DNA of 57,893 nt, the filler included, from Sphacelaria rigidula (taxonomy: Eukaryota), in assembly GCA_964200075.2 (NCBI GenBank). It is 9 parts of 9 records of this genome, joined end to end, with 100 filler letters (N's around TTAATTAATTAA, not from the genome) between each part and the next. Parts side by side here need not be neighbours in the genome. Positions count along the whole stretch, not along the records: positions 32,222 to 38,564 come from CAXNAA020020645.1; positions 38,665 to 45,007 come from CAXNAA020020646.1; positions 45,108 to 51,450 come from CAXNAA020020647.1; positions 51,551 to 57,893 come from CAXNAA020020648.1; 5 more parts are not named here. The stretch is one strand, 5' to 3'. The notes beneath the pieces were generated by a model. The model was given only the letters and a program-made list of their open reading frames with translations, searched no databases and was not told where the DNA came from. Below are positions 38,501 to 51,825 of the stretch, one piece after another (position 1 is the first letter of the stretch; the number at the start of each line of letters is the position of its first letter). Position numbers and translations under genes: made by a program.

Positions 38501-38881
38501 ACCGGCAGTTCGACAAGATTTTCAATTTCGACTGACGGTAGATGATGCGGGGGGGGGGGGGGGGNNNNNNNNNNNNNNNNNNNNNNNNNNNNNNNNNNNN
38601 NNNNNNNNTTAATTAATTAANNNNNNNNNNNNNNNNNNNNNNNNNNNNNNNNNNNNNNNNNNNNACACGCACCACACCGCAGCAGGATCTATGTATTTCG
38701 TAGTCAATTGTTGTGCTTAGCGAATCCTGGAGAGGGCACTGCCTTCAGTGGACGGTGCAGTCAGTACATTTGATCTACAGTATCAGTGATGTGTTTCTAT
38801 CTAGCCAACAGTAGTTCACCAACATCTTCGACACTATGCTCTCGCGCTTTGCTGTGGAAAAACAATGGTGCGGACGGCCAG

Positions 38882-41800
38882 GTCGGGGTTAAGATGACGA
38901 AAGAGCCGCCTAAAGGTCTCCGAGCCAACCTGCGTTCAACGTACGCCAAGATGGATGACGATAAACTTGGCCGCACGTGCAAACCGAAGGATTTCCGCAA
39001 AATGCTTTTCGGTGAGTTTTTCTGATCACCATTTGGTATGAATTCACATCTTGGTAGCCTTTTGGGTGATGCGAAGACTATTCAAGCGTACACGTCACGT
39101 CATCTGAAACCTCGAAAAAACAGTAAGTTGTACGTTCACGGCTGTGAGTTGGATTTGCACCCGAGTGCAATACTCTTGGCGTTCTACGTTTTCGGAATTG
39201 GATAAGGACCCTCTTTGATTGATTTGATTGATTCAAAATTGGATGATAACCCCATTCCAAAGCGTATATTTGAACGTCGTACTCTAGAAACAGTATCCGG
39301 TAAAAAGGCAGGGTGCTGCCGGCCGCATTTATTACCGTGAATCGTAAAAGGTGATCATGAAAGGGTGGGCGTTTTGCGGGGGTTTGTCGATAAACTGTCA
39401 TCAAAACACAGCGAACGTTGTATTCTTCCGAAAAACAAAACGCGATATGCGCAATGCATCATTCAGCGTACGACAAGCAAGTGTACCTGAAACAGGGGAA
39501 TATGAAAAAGCGAATGCTTGCTTGTACATACTCCACCAACTGCCAAGCCCCCCCTAATGCCTCATGGAACGAGAGGTGTGCTACCCTGAAGCACATGCTG
39601 CATGACACAGGTTTATGCTTCTTCCACGCACTCGTGGTGGAGCGCAAGAAGTTTGGACCGTTGGGGTGGAATGTGGGCTATGAGTTCAACGAAACGGATT
39701 TGGACATCTGCATTGCTCAGCTGGAGATGTACGTCGACGAATATGCGGTTATCCCCTACCAGGTACTGTCAAAACAAGGGTTCCGCAGTACCACTAACTT
39801 AGAGATCTCGACGAGATCTTTCGTGCCTCAACAGGCTATTTCATATGCTGACGGCATGTTTCGCATTTCCGGCCAGATTCTACGTGTATTGACGAACACA
39901 GTTCGTATGCCGATGTGATCCTCCCTGTCTCAACGATATGTCTCGTATCTCGGGGAGATTTGTGGTATTTGGACGGAACACTGTTCAAATATTCAGATGT
40001 TTGACATGCACAGCGGTCCATCTTGAGCACACTTCCGCGACTGCGGGTACTGTCCCCACAACGCGATAATACAAGGCAGACTCCCGAAGTATCACACTCC
40101 GAGCCTTCGAGGTTTCCTAATCCTCGAGCTGTGAGACTTGTTATTACGCTAAAATCAAAGGAAAGGAAGGCGCTGGTGGGACCTTGTGATGAAGCTCGGA
40201 GGCGTTGCAAGATATAGGCTGTGCGGGTTTGCTCGTAGATCCCGAGTTCCGTGACGCATTGTTACCGCGTTTGCTACTGTCATTAGTTGAGATTGCTCGG
40301 GAGCAGCCAGAGGCTGTCCCGACCCACCTCGATCAGTTACTGCCTTGCCTTGGTCTACTCTGGGCCATCACTACGCTCTGCTACTATCGCTGCGACGCGG
40401 CTGTACTGAGTAAGAGAGCTGCTTGTAGATATAACATGATGCTATGAAACACGTGAGTTCCTAGCCGGCAGTCTACACATGTATGAACCTACTCTGTGAT
40501 TGTTCATAATGGATAGCTATAGGTCGTACGGTGTGTCCACGTGAGAGCTTGGTTAACTGGAACCAATGGTGTCTCTTGGTACTGGTACTGGTACTGAGAG
40601 ACCTCAGCCAGTGCAATAGCCATCCTATCATCATGACAACCTACTACTGCGACTCGATACTTGCTTTCGTACGCTCCTAGACACGTCTCTGATCACTTGC
40701 TCCGTTGACGAACCGGTTGCCATCAGTATGAAGGAGAAATGACAGATCAAAATAGGTGTGTAATCACGCCGCGCTGCGGTGATTAAGTGATGAACAAATA
40801 GCCAGTTCGGGAGGAAGGACGTAGGTGCGGATTTCGGAAGATGCTGTCCTTTTCGGCAAAGCCTGTTTTTCCATCGTGAAGAGCGCGCGGGCGCGAGTAG
40901 AGGAAACAAACCGACGGGAGTGAATGGGTGCAGAAGTGCAGGTCGAATCCTCGATATCAAAATATCAGGCAGATAGCGGGGGACGGATAGGCTGACCACT
41001 TGACATCGCCGACTCATTCTGAGGAAGGTAAGGGGTTGGAACTATGGGGGGAAAACCAAATGGCCACCCCTGTGTATGGCACCCCGGTCCTTCCCGTGGG
41101 AAAGCGCTACGAGAAGGTAGGTTTGTAAAAGATAATTTCCTGTGTAGGAACAGGGAGTTCCTTCTGCAGCCGCGTATAAAGTGGAGCATGGGACGATAAG
41201 AACGGGTCAGCTACTGGGATGCGAAAGTACAATGTCATGGAAGTGAGAAGACCTCCTTTCACGAATTACAACCCCAGCCTCCCGCAGCAAAGGGAGAATT
41301 CCTACGCCGCTGTAGTATGTACGTAGCATGCACTTCGTCAGAGTGGATGTACCGCTCACTTACGTACGTACGTGTCAGTAACGCCGTTAAGAACTCAAAC
41401 TTTATGGATCTTATTTATTGATGAGTCAGTCGCCGTGAGGAACTCCAGTTTTTATTTCCGAGACGATGGTGCGCCAATATGCAAAAGGACAAGGCATTTT
41501 GTTTTCGGGTGCACACTTTCAACCCCCCCTTCATGCTCCGTCTCGAAAGGGATGCGTGGTCAATGGTCAAATGACTAAGGCAAGCAACAAATGAGTACGC
41601 CTCCCCCCCCTTCATCGCAATGAGCCCGTGGTATCAAGGGATTAACTCACCTCTCCCTCCCAGTACAGGTAATGTAATTCAGAACCGTGGATGCGTCACC
41701 ACTGCTGCACGGCATCGACGATAGTCAGCTACACAGCGTTTGCTACTACTCATGTTCTTCAGTTTTCAACGACGGGAATACGACACCCTCGTTTAAACCC

Positions 41801-44800
41801 ATCTCCGAATACATCTGCTGGCAATCCGAACCCGCACTTTTCTGACCTGACGGTTGTAGCTGTATGCTGTGCAGTGCTGGTTTGCCCGGCCTTGGAGTGA
41901 AGTCGCAGATTTTTTCTAGGTGAATGTTGCTAAGGTACTGCTGCGGAGGGTTCAGAATCCGCAACAGATCCCCGACAACAAACCCAACTTGTGCTTTTTC
42001 GTAGCTTTACCGCTGTCCTCACAAAAGGTGTCCCTATGATAGTCGGGGGAAGTGTTTATGGTGCTACTATGCACGGACTACCCCCCACGCGTCCGATTTC
42101 ACTGTTTTCCGTGGAAAATGGTTTGCCAAGTATTTAGCATACCGCTGTACTATCAGTAGGAAAAATGCTCGATAAATATAACTATCTTACCGCAGCAATA
42201 TCTCCTCCTTACAAGACAAATGGTTCCGAATGCCCTCGTCCCCTTCAGCATTGCACGATCGCTTCAAGCGAGCACCGTCGTCTCCCGATAGCCAATTGGC
42301 AACCTTTCAAATGATACAAATGTGTCCATCCATCCAGCGTAACTTCACCCACATTCCCGGTCGCGTAGGTTCTCAGGCAGCTGACAAGTGTGGTGAACTA
42401 CGGAGGTCGAATTACGGACGACAAGGACATGCGGACATCCGACATCATCATCGCTGGCTTCTACAACCCAGAGATACTCAACGCCGGCTTTGCTTTCAGC
42501 CGCTCCGGAAGGTATCGATTTTTGCGGAAAACAATAATGGATACACGATATATTTTACTTTCATGTATTTTGGAGATAATCACGGCATTCTCCGATCGCT
42601 CAAATTGTTCTTGGTCGATATACTTTTTCATGTCCGGGCCATGCGTTGACCGGTCGCCCCGGTGGCTCAGTTAGTAACCTCGAAAACCTCTGGCGGTTGG
42701 GTCGTGGGATCAAATCTCGGAGCGATCCGGGATTTTTCTCACACAATGTCCAACAGTGGAGAGCGACTAAAATATGTCGTGGGTACACAAAATTCGACTT
42801 GACAGTCGACGGGGGAAAGGGACTGCTCAACCCCTCTCGCGATCAAAAATAAAGGCGAGCACCGCAGAAGGAAGGTGGAGTACTAAAACAAACGAAGAAG
42901 AAAAGACTCGTATGTTGACCTTCCCTCCTGTGTGACCCCGGCTGGTGCGCCCACACATACCGAAAGGTGCAGACCGGCGTCCAGAATTGATGGGGCGACA
43001 ATACACTCATGCGTCATTTACAGCTCCTTGCGAACCTCCTTACCCTGCCATACAAACCGCTCGCACTTGACATGAGGCGTCGTTGAAGCCCCTTGTATTT
43101 ATTTATCGATCCGGCGAAGCACGATCTTCTCCAATTGGAACCATATTTCTTTCCACTCAGTTGGAAAGTCGGAGCGGTACGTATCAATACCTGTAGTTCC
43201 CCAAGACCACCCTCGGTCTTCCTGAGCAGTGCTGGCTGAGAGGGCCAAATCGGTACCGTTATACGCGTTGAACTGGGCATACGTAGGATAATTTAGCTCA
43301 CGTTCTGCGAGTTAGATACACACACACAAACAACGCTTGAGGGTAAAGCAATCGTCACAAACGCATTTGCAAGGATGTCCGCCTCCATTCAGCTAGGCGA
43401 TCTGACTTGAAATAGTTAGCGGCTCACCGAGTCCCACGTACCCTGATACCTTCGGCCTACCTGTCCGATGCATCTTCAGGTACGGGTCGATCGAGCCTGA
43501 TCCGGATAACCCGGTGAAGAGCTACTTGGACTACATCGAGACCTTCCCCTTGAACGCCGAGCCCGAGGTTAGCCGTCAGCTGTCGTGCCGAGTAGCCTCG
43601 CAATTTACGCCGCTCTTATCCCCGACTTGTCTCGGAGGCAACAGAGCATGTGCTATCGAAATTTCATGTTGGTCGACGTCGCGCATCGACCCCTTTTACG
43701 TAAATACCCGGAGCATGTATTCCCGAGAGCGTGTCGTTATTGGCGAACGTTCAGCAAAGAGTTGCCCGTACATCATGCGTGGTCATTGGCCTCCCGCAAA
43801 ATCAACTTCTGACGGGAGATATCCCGAGCTTTTCTTGCAACCGATGATAACCTCTTCTCACCAAACCATGCTGTGGAATGCCAAACAGTTCTCCAAACCT
43901 TGATATATGTCGGATCCTTTGGAAGGCGTATTTTAATATTTATTTTCACGACCCCCGATATCGACTGTAGAAAAGTCGAAACACCAAAACAGTATACCGT
44001 CCCGGGATCGAAAGCGGGGATTTCGTGTTTGTCGTGGATGTGGATGTGCTTGGCGTGTCTCAGCGAAAACTGCTTTTTGTATCTTTCTCAATACCTGAAA
44101 CCGGTTCCGAATGAACCTTGGTGAGTATTAAGATATTCGTCGCTCTATTTTGTTCCAGAAATTACGGTGCATTTTTTTGTGTATCTGATCAGGTTGGTAT
44201 TGACAGGCCTTGGGTTTGGTTTGGTTTTCGGATCTTGTATAGAGGGCTTTGGCACACGAGTAGCGATACACGACAACTGCACAGTGGCGCACCAGTACAC
44301 CTCGGGGAGATTCATACGTGTTTGTCGTTGAGGTTTTCTTGCCCATTGAATTCTATACATAACAGCGTTTTCATGAGATTGAGGGTAGAGGATACGATTG
44401 AGAGTGAGAAGCGGTCTATTAGTGAACAAACAGTTTCAGCTCCGAAATACTCCCCTCTACGAGGCCCAATACGCTTTCTGTAGCCGCGTGCCACTGAGGC
44501 CCTCGATATTCCTGAGAACGGTATCGACGTGTAGCTGTAAGTACACGCCAGCGTTACAGGCAAAGGAAATCACACACACACACATAGACTGAGAAATGGG
44601 TCAAGTTGAATCAAATATTGAAATCCACCCTCAATCAACGCTCTAGTTTCAATTTTACGAAAACATTGTTGTACATATCCTGACGGTTTAGCAGTCATCA
44701 CATAGGCACCACTGACGAAATCGGGGCAATATCATCACGCGCGGCGACGAATGATACACCCGTGGTTTGCGCTCTGTGTGTTTTGTTGTGTGGGTGTGGT

Positions 44801-45007
44801 TTCTAGAAAATCAAGCTGATACTTGAGGAGCGTTTGCAACTCAGCATGCGCCATCCAAAACGATGTCTCAGGTGTTCGGTATGCACGAGAACGCGAACAT
44901 CACGTGCGCCATTGCGGAAACGGAGATGAGCTTCTCCATCGTTCTCTCCATGCAACCGAGGACGGGTGGCGGCGGCGGAGCCTCTCGAGAAGATCTCATC
45001 GGAGGCA
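38882..45007 (+). CDS. Axonemal dynein heavy chain, C-terminal fragment (AAA6/lid region); exons 38882-39011, 39611-39762, 42369-42511, 43480-43567, 44872->45007
   Basis: Motifs [59 protein letters not shown] and YIETFPLNAEPE-VFGMHENANIT. All junctions are GT-AG and phase-consistent (1, 0, 2, 0). Confidence 0.95.
42650..42969 (+). mobile_element. tRNA-derived SINE (copy 2), in a dynein intron
   Basis: Head CCGGTCGCCCCGGTGGCTCAGTTAG...GGGATCAAATCTC; the body matches the reverse complement of 6518-6829. Confidence 0.8.
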
Positions 45008-46623
45008 NNNNNNNNNNNNNNNNNNNNNNNNNNNNNNNNNNNNNNNNNNNNTTAATTAATTAANNNNNNNNNNNNNNNNNNNNNNNNNNNNNNNNNNNNN
45101 NNNNNNNCCCTTGCTCATTCTTGCTTTGTAGTATCTCGTCCCGTACCGAGCATTCGATCGAAACTGCAACTTGCCAACCGCGGTGTTTACATATTGTTGT
45201 TAGTCTACACAGGCGGCAGTGGTAACAGACATCATGGCTGCTGCTATTATTAGTCCGTGACGTTCAGTACACAGACGATGGTCAAAACCGCTCTTCACAC
45301 GTGGCTTCCTGTGCTTGATCCGTCCGATGTACGCTCAGGCGACTTCCATGTGTGACGTCGCCCACTGCAACTCGAGAGGTGACGGGTACTTGCTGTTGTA
45401 ACGCGAAGTTGCTTTGCACAGCAACACAGAGTAGCTTGTTATCGATGTACACAGGCAGTAGTGACAGCACATTTTCTTCGATTGTCGTTGGTGTACAGAC
45501 GCACTGCACAAATATCCCGCCTGTCCAGTCTCATATTTTCTTTCTGATATCTTGTTATTAATGCACACAGACAGTAGTGACAGCAAACGTCATGGCTGTC
45601 TTCGATCTATCAAAGGCAGTGAGTGCATCGAACACAGAAAATATCGCGCTTGAGACCCTGGCTTGTGCGCTCGACAGCGTAGAGACAGCACAGCAGATAT
45701 TGATCAGAGCAAACTACATGGCTCGTAATACTTTATGTTAGGAGAATGAATTGCCCCGCGTACACAAGCGCATACAAGATATCAGCACCACATGGCAGGA
45801 CAGAAGATACAGACACCTACCCTTCAAAACGAAGCTTGTCCCATGTTGTATTGTTCACATATTGTTATTAGTATTCACAGTCAGTTACGGAAAATATCAT
45901 TGCTGTCTCCCGACTGTTAGAGGACCAAAGGACCACAATAAAAATTGGGCGCACCGGCTTAGCTTGTGCGCTGGACCCAGCACTCTGACGTGAAACAGAC
46001 GCGTCAAACGTTTCGGTGACCGCATTGAGCCTTTCGGTGGCAGCCATGAGTTCTTTTTCAGCCTTCTCCGCGCGTTGAGGCGCCGCCTTGACCTTGCGCG
46101 CGGCTGTCAAGGCACAGGATAAGTCTTGATCGGTTCTCCCCATGTACTTCGTCCATGCGCAGGAGTCCGTTTTTTTCTTGAGTTTCAAAACACCAAGCTT
46201 TTGAGAATTCCGCATTGTTTACCTCGATAAACGCTGCTGTTCCTGAAGCCGCAAGTGCCGATTTTTCAAAGCGGATATCTCGGCAACGTAGCAGAGGATT
46301 GGAGTGCGGTTTGATGCGTGCGCTTCTCACACACCAGAACTTTTCAGAGCCAAAATGGCTTGCCGTAGCGCGTGCCGCGGAGCCCGCAGCACTCTCCAAA
46401 CCGCCCAAAATGTACGAAAAATGCGTTTTCTTTGACGTTCGGGGGTGTTTCGGATCCGCTGTGGCGAATTGAGCAAACCCGTTTTGGCGCTGAATAGATC
46501 TAGTGTGTGCGCGGGGGGCTGTCAAGTGCCACAGGCCGGTTTGCTTCCTGTCTCGAGAATCATGCGATGAAAAAAGCTGTCGCATACTAAACGTAGGTAA
46601 CATGGGGGTGGAGCGTGTGTTCT

Positions 46624-46658
46624 GTTCGGCACAGGTTCGGCACAGGTTCGGCACAGGT
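46624..46658 (+). repeat. 11-bp tandem repeat GTTCGGCACAG x3
   Basis: Visible directly. Confidence 0.85.
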
Positions 46659-47583
46659 CCGACCAGTCAGTGACGTCTTCAATACGTCTTCAATATCCCT
46701 CCGCATTCGTATCTTGTTTAGTTGACAACGGATTTTTGGTCGGTAAGGCCTTCATTCATCCCCATAACTGTAGCTGATCAGTTAAACTGGCAGCCAGTTC
46801 ACAACCATAGTACTGGCACACCCTTTGGATAATGACAACATAGAAAAACATCATTCCGTATCGCCTGTAGATATGCTCAGCGCAGGAGGCACGGTCATAC
46901 GCGCGCTGTCGTCGCTGCAAGGCGTTGAAACTTCGGTCACATGTCATGCAAACCACAATCAATAAACCCATGTGTCTGAATCTGAGGTTGGGCGTTGCAA
47001 CAGTGCGCGAGGGGATGCAAAGAACTCAGATTCTGTTTCGATTTTTGCGAATTATATTTTGGCGCAGGACTGGGGTAGACGCCATTTTCTGTTCAAACGT
47101 TTTCATCTTAGTCGGGGCGAGTCGAGGGGGTGTTGTCCCCCGTCATTCAGAGCGAACTTGAACAATTTGAATTCTCTAGCGACATGAGCAGCTACGATAT
47201 GCAACATTTATGTGCCTGTCATTTACCAAACACAACAAGACTGCGCTCGTTGCCAATGATTAACTGATGTTGCCTGCTGGCTACGAACACATGTGGCGTA
47301 TACAATCTGGCCCTCCCTGTACCTGCTGACTGTCCTGTCTCTGCACACAGCAACTCTTGACACGTGTAATGGCAGAAGTTGAACATTTCCGGACAACTGA
47401 CTGTCAAAACGAGAACGATCCAACAAAGGAAGCACCATTGAGTAGTACAGCACATTAGCTCAAAGCCTATCCTATAGTCGTAACACAAACTGAAACAACC
47501 TACACGCTTGCCAAGTGCAACATGACATCCCACAATGCACGACGAAACACTCCGCTTCAGGTCGCCCCCATTCCTTTACTCAC

Positions 47584-47852
47584 CAAGGGATGCCAACGCC
47601 GCTTGCCAACTCATCCAAGTCCACCAAACAGTAGAACACGGGGTATGTGAAACGGTGCACGGTAGGCTTAAATCTGATGTGCCACACTCTCCCGTAGTAG
47701 ATTCCTGACCTCCGATTCACCCCGCCCTGAGGTCTCCGGGGTGCAAAAAGGATGTCTTGCAGCACTGCTAGCGTAATGAAAGCCGTCGAAACGGCTGCTG
47801 CGGCAAGCGCGTAAGTCAAACACGTGACTGACGAGAACGAGAGCGTGATCAT
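47584..47852 (-). CDS. DUF1365-family protein, first exon (N-terminal hydrophobic segment)
   Basis: SGIYYGRVWHIRFKPTVHRFTYPVFYCLVDLDEL matches the DUF1365 N-terminus (Y.G.V.H.R..P..H.F.Y......DLDEL). The exon ends at a GTGAGT donor; downstream exons were not found. Confidence 0.8.
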
Positions 47853-48627
47853 ATTCCGTCTCCTCGTGGCTTTCTCTTCTTCGCCTAGCCTGTTACGACA
47901 GCATGAGGAAGGCAACAAAAAAAATGTGATGATTTTCCACCCTATTGGAGAGGGGACGGATTTTCAAAACCACTACGAGCAAGATCTACGCCAGCAGAGG
48001 CCGACCCCGGCCGCTGATGCTGCTGCTCTCAGCTGCTTTTGCTGTGTTTTTCATCTGATATTTCGCTCAATCAATTCAGATCCGCAGTCGAAAGACAGGT
48101 TTCAGCATCCATATCTGCCGGTGAGATATGAGTTGTGATGTGAGCTACTACTACAACTGGAATCGATAACAAAAGGGTAGTAGATGAAGATAGCGAATGT
48201 TATATACGATGAATACATGAATTATGCATTTATCCTTTTTAACTCGTAAGAGGCACGGAGCTGACAACCGGAAGACGACGGTATGCAAGGAGTACCGTAA
48301 ATCGGAATCGTAGCGCGCTCTCCCCCAGAACAACCTGGGGTATACTGAGCATAGTGGTAAATCGATCACCCATCACGACAGATGCATGCACGCGGTGTAG
48401 GTAGGTAGGGCGAGTAACGAGAGTACTCGTGTACGCCTGCTCGCGGGTGGCACCTTTGGGGCTACATCAGACCATTACAAGGCACATCAACTGCATACGA
48501 GATTCCTGTATGCCACAATACGGTCCGTGCAGCGGGCGTTCTGGTTCACAGCAGCACTACGACAAAATCCTGCGTGTGGTCGGGAGCACGATCTTGTGCA
48601 CACTCTTTGGGACACATCAATATTGCG

Positions 48628-49485
48628 ATGACCGCGCGATCTCGCAGCAGCACTGGTGTTGGCGATGGTAGCCACAGCAGCAGCGAAAACCTGAGAACCA
48701 GCATAACTAGCAGCAGCACCAACAACCGTAATCACGGTGTCACGAGCGGCCACGGCCCGTGTTCAGAGGTCGTGGAGGACGTGGGTACTAAAAACAGACA
48801 TCACGGCAAATCCAACAATGAAGTGGGTGCTGAACCTGTCCCCGAAGATTCAACGAAAATGGCCAACGGATCCTCACCCCCATCGAATTTATCAATGCCC
48901 GCCGGCGAGAGTATATTGCGATCCAGGATCGACAGGTTCCTCGCAGGGTATGGCCTGACGTCCATGGGAAAGGCTGTCGCGCTCAGTTGGATCCAGGTGT
49001 TATGTCCTTGTCTTGCGTGTTGCTTGGTGTCCGTGCGTACGCTGCGCAGAGACCGTCTATATTCATGTGTTGCCCATGTTCAGCAGCCTCCGTAAATAAC
49101 ACGAACATCTGCAATGATCAATTATCCTTCACATCAACCCATGGGCACGTACAGGACTTGCTCATGTTCCTCGCGGGATTTTTATTGCACTCGATTACAT
49201 CTTTATCCCATTGTGGGGAAAAGAAACACAAATCAGCACCTCCACATATCACCCGCACATACCGTTGTATCCGAGCGCAAGCTGTGCACCGCTGGTGTCA
49301 TCTACAGGCAATCGGAACCGACACATGCGGGGAATATTCACGGGCCCGCGGTTGGTTGCTGAACAGACTCAACATATTCGGGCAGCAGCAAACGCGATCA
49401 TGTTCTCCGGCCGACACCGCCGAGCGCACTGCATTGCCTGAAGGAGCGAGTCCTTGGCAAGCAGGATGTCCGGAGCTCATCCCCG
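48628..49485 (+). CDS. Hypothetical protein, first two exons (48628-48996, 49308-49485); possibly aspartyl/asparaginyl beta-hydroxylase family
   Basis: A phase-0 GT-AG junction gives ...ALSWIQ-AIGTDTCGEYSRARGWLL...SPWQAGCPELIPG. The ending recalls the P.L...P.W lead-in of ASPH-like dioxygenases, but no catalytic motifs are seen. Confidence 0.45.
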
Positions 49486-49823
49486 GTGGGCATAATTTCA
49501 AGAGCAGTGATGTGCTCCTGCATCCGAGGGTAGTTACTTGAACACTATTTTCCTTCACTGCTGTCCTTCCGAGAACTGCGCGAACCCTTTTATTCTCAAG
49601 TTCGAGCTATAATGGAAGAACCCGCCGAAGCGTTCATGTATCCCGATACAAATTTGCCGCAGTCCCCAAGGGGCGAACAAAGTCGTTGCCTCGCCCACCA
49701 ACAGTTGATCTGAACGTACAATCATAAGGTTGTTTGTCAGAGCACGCTCAGTGTCTAAACAACCGGATCGAATGGGTCGAGCATATTTCCGCGGTTTACT
49801 CTCGAAGATGCCACGGTTCATCG

Positions 49824-50181
49824 GACTAACTTTTATGGCAACCAATTTCGATTTTTCCAAAGATGAGGATTTCAGCCCGTCTACAGGCGATTTTCTCCCG
49901 TGGATTGATTTGTCGGACCCTGGTCCATTGGGCAGTGTTTTTCGGCTACCTGTGAGCAAACCAGGTCAATTCTCCGATTCTCTGGACGTTTACTTTTGGT
50001 ATACCACCTTTCTGCTCAAATCGGGAGACGGAAACTTGATCTGGTTTGCTCACAGCTAGCCGGAAAACATTGCCCAACGGACTGGAGTCCGAAAAATCAA
50101 TCCACGGGCGAAAATCGCCTGTAGACGGGCTGAAATCCTCGTATTTGTAAAAATCGAGATCGGTTGCCATAAAAGTTGGTC
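49824..50181. mobile_element. Foldback element, ~145-bp inverted arms with short spacer (probably intronic)
   Basis: AACTTTTATGGCAACC...GAGGATTTCAGCCCGTCTACAGGCGATTTT...CTGTGAGCAAACCAG is mirrored on the opposite strand. Both strands translate to near-identical spurious peptides (TFMAT..DF.K.EDFSPSTGDF). Confidence 0.88.
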
Positions 50182-50849
50182 TTACTCCGGACGTAATCAT
50201 GCGGGAATGAAGAGAACGTGTCCTCCGGCACAAGGATCATGCTTCGGCGAGCAGGATCACTTTCCCGCGTTGCCCTTCCGCAATTCGCGCGTGAATTATG
50301 AAGCTGTTCGACCAAAACTGCTTCAAAATAGGATTGAGATCGAAAGAATTCTGGAGCGCATCGGAGCTGCCATGGGTAAAAGACTTCGAAAACGGCTTCC
50401 ACGCCGTTCAGGGGGAGCTCATGGCGCTCAGGGGCCGGGAGGGTTTCCAGGTATGAACCGCACACACTCAGTCAGTTTAACTAACAAAAAATGCACTTTT
50501 GAGCTCGGGAGCTCTCCAATCGAATCTCCGAGGCTCGTTGCCCCTCGCCAGTGAAGCGTTCATGGGAGTCCTGCGCCTGAGCCAACTAACGTTTTTCCAT
50601 TGCTGGAAGAAGGACACATCAAGAGCAACCGGGCATCGAACTCGGTATAGTTCTTCCTTTCAGAAATTGAAGGACGTTATTTGGTTCAGGTTTGGTCGAC
50701 GGTAGATACCCGCCCGTTTGACGGGGACAAGGTTCATGCGCATGTACGTACACTATGGTTGGTGTTCTATGCTGGATCATCTCCCCATATGCCTATACTG
50801 GTTCATTGCGTATGTTCTAGAGGGTACCTTTTTTAATATTCCCGGGGCA

Positions 50850-51110
50850 TATTCCCGAGTACTTACCGTACCCAACGGTCCTGTCACTCCTGTACGACTT
50901 TCATACCGGTAATGTACCCGGCAGCTCTGTAACCTCTATAAGACTCTCATACCCTTACCCGATAGCTCTTCAAATTCCGTGAGCCTCCCGTACCGTTGCG
51001 GGGGGCACGGGTATCCTCTTAATAAGATACCTAGTTGCGTGTACGGTGTTCTGTGCAACTTCCATACCCTACCCGACAGTTTCTGTGAGTTATGTAAGCC
51101 TTCTGATTCC
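50850..51110 (+). repeat. Degenerate interspersed repeat with recurring TCTGTRA..CTGTA / CATACCC(T)TACCCGA subunits
   Basis: CATACCCTTACCCGATAG (50949) and CATACCCTACCCGACAG (51064), plus related motifs. Confidence 0.5.
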
Positions 51111-51825
51111 TACCTGGCCACCGGTGCGGTGTCGCCCATCCCCTCCACAGTGTGTAATCTACCTTGGCTAAATAGTACGACGGCAGAAAACGCGGGTCGG
51201 TATGCGCCTTCGGTACCCCTCTGGTCACCGGTGCGGTGTTGCTTATACCCTGGACAATACACTTTGTTCCAATATGATACCAATACTTTGTATTGGAGAC
51301 AGAGCAAATATTGTCATGTCAGTGTATGTTGTGTTGAGATGTCCTCGGAGACCTTGAAGCAACAATGTATATTTCTCGTTTCATGATCGTGAAGTAATGC
51401 ATAGCAATATAAACTTCCTCTGTCTCATAAGTCTGTATCGTTATGTTTGTNNNNNNNNNNNNNNNNNNNNNNNNNNNNNNNNNNNNNNNNNNNNTTAATT
51501 AATTAANNNNNNNNNNNNNNNNNNNNNNNNNNNNNNNNNNNNNNNNNNNNCCCCCCACCATAGAATCAATCACCCCCCAATAAAACGCCATGCTGTCGGC
51601 CCCAATCTTCTCCCCTTCCTCCCCCCCCCCCCCCCGCTCCACGCCGACCCCCTCCACCCCTTCCCCCCACAACGTCAATGTGTTTAAAGCCCAGAACACT
51701 CTCGAAGAAAAATATCTCAAGAAACAAACGTTTGCCAAGATTTCCAATCCGCCGGTCCACCCACCCTGTACCAACCGACGAGCAAAACATACTCGTGCCC
51801 TGCTAAACGTACTGTATACGGCCAG

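Noticed and set aside
42650..42730. Functional tRNA genes (also near 6760-6829, 27091-27162, 37860-37930)
   Set aside because: A- and B-box-like motifs are present, but acceptor and anticodon stems do not form; treated as SINE heads.
45868..46215. Downstream exon of the DUF1365 gene
   Set aside because: The peptide (a Lys/Ala-rich helix) does not resemble the expected DUF1365 continuation; origin unknown.
6346..51550. Regularly spaced TTAATTAATTAA repeats as a biological array
   Set aside because: They are embedded in fixed N-runs with size-sorted intervals, so they are assembly linkers.
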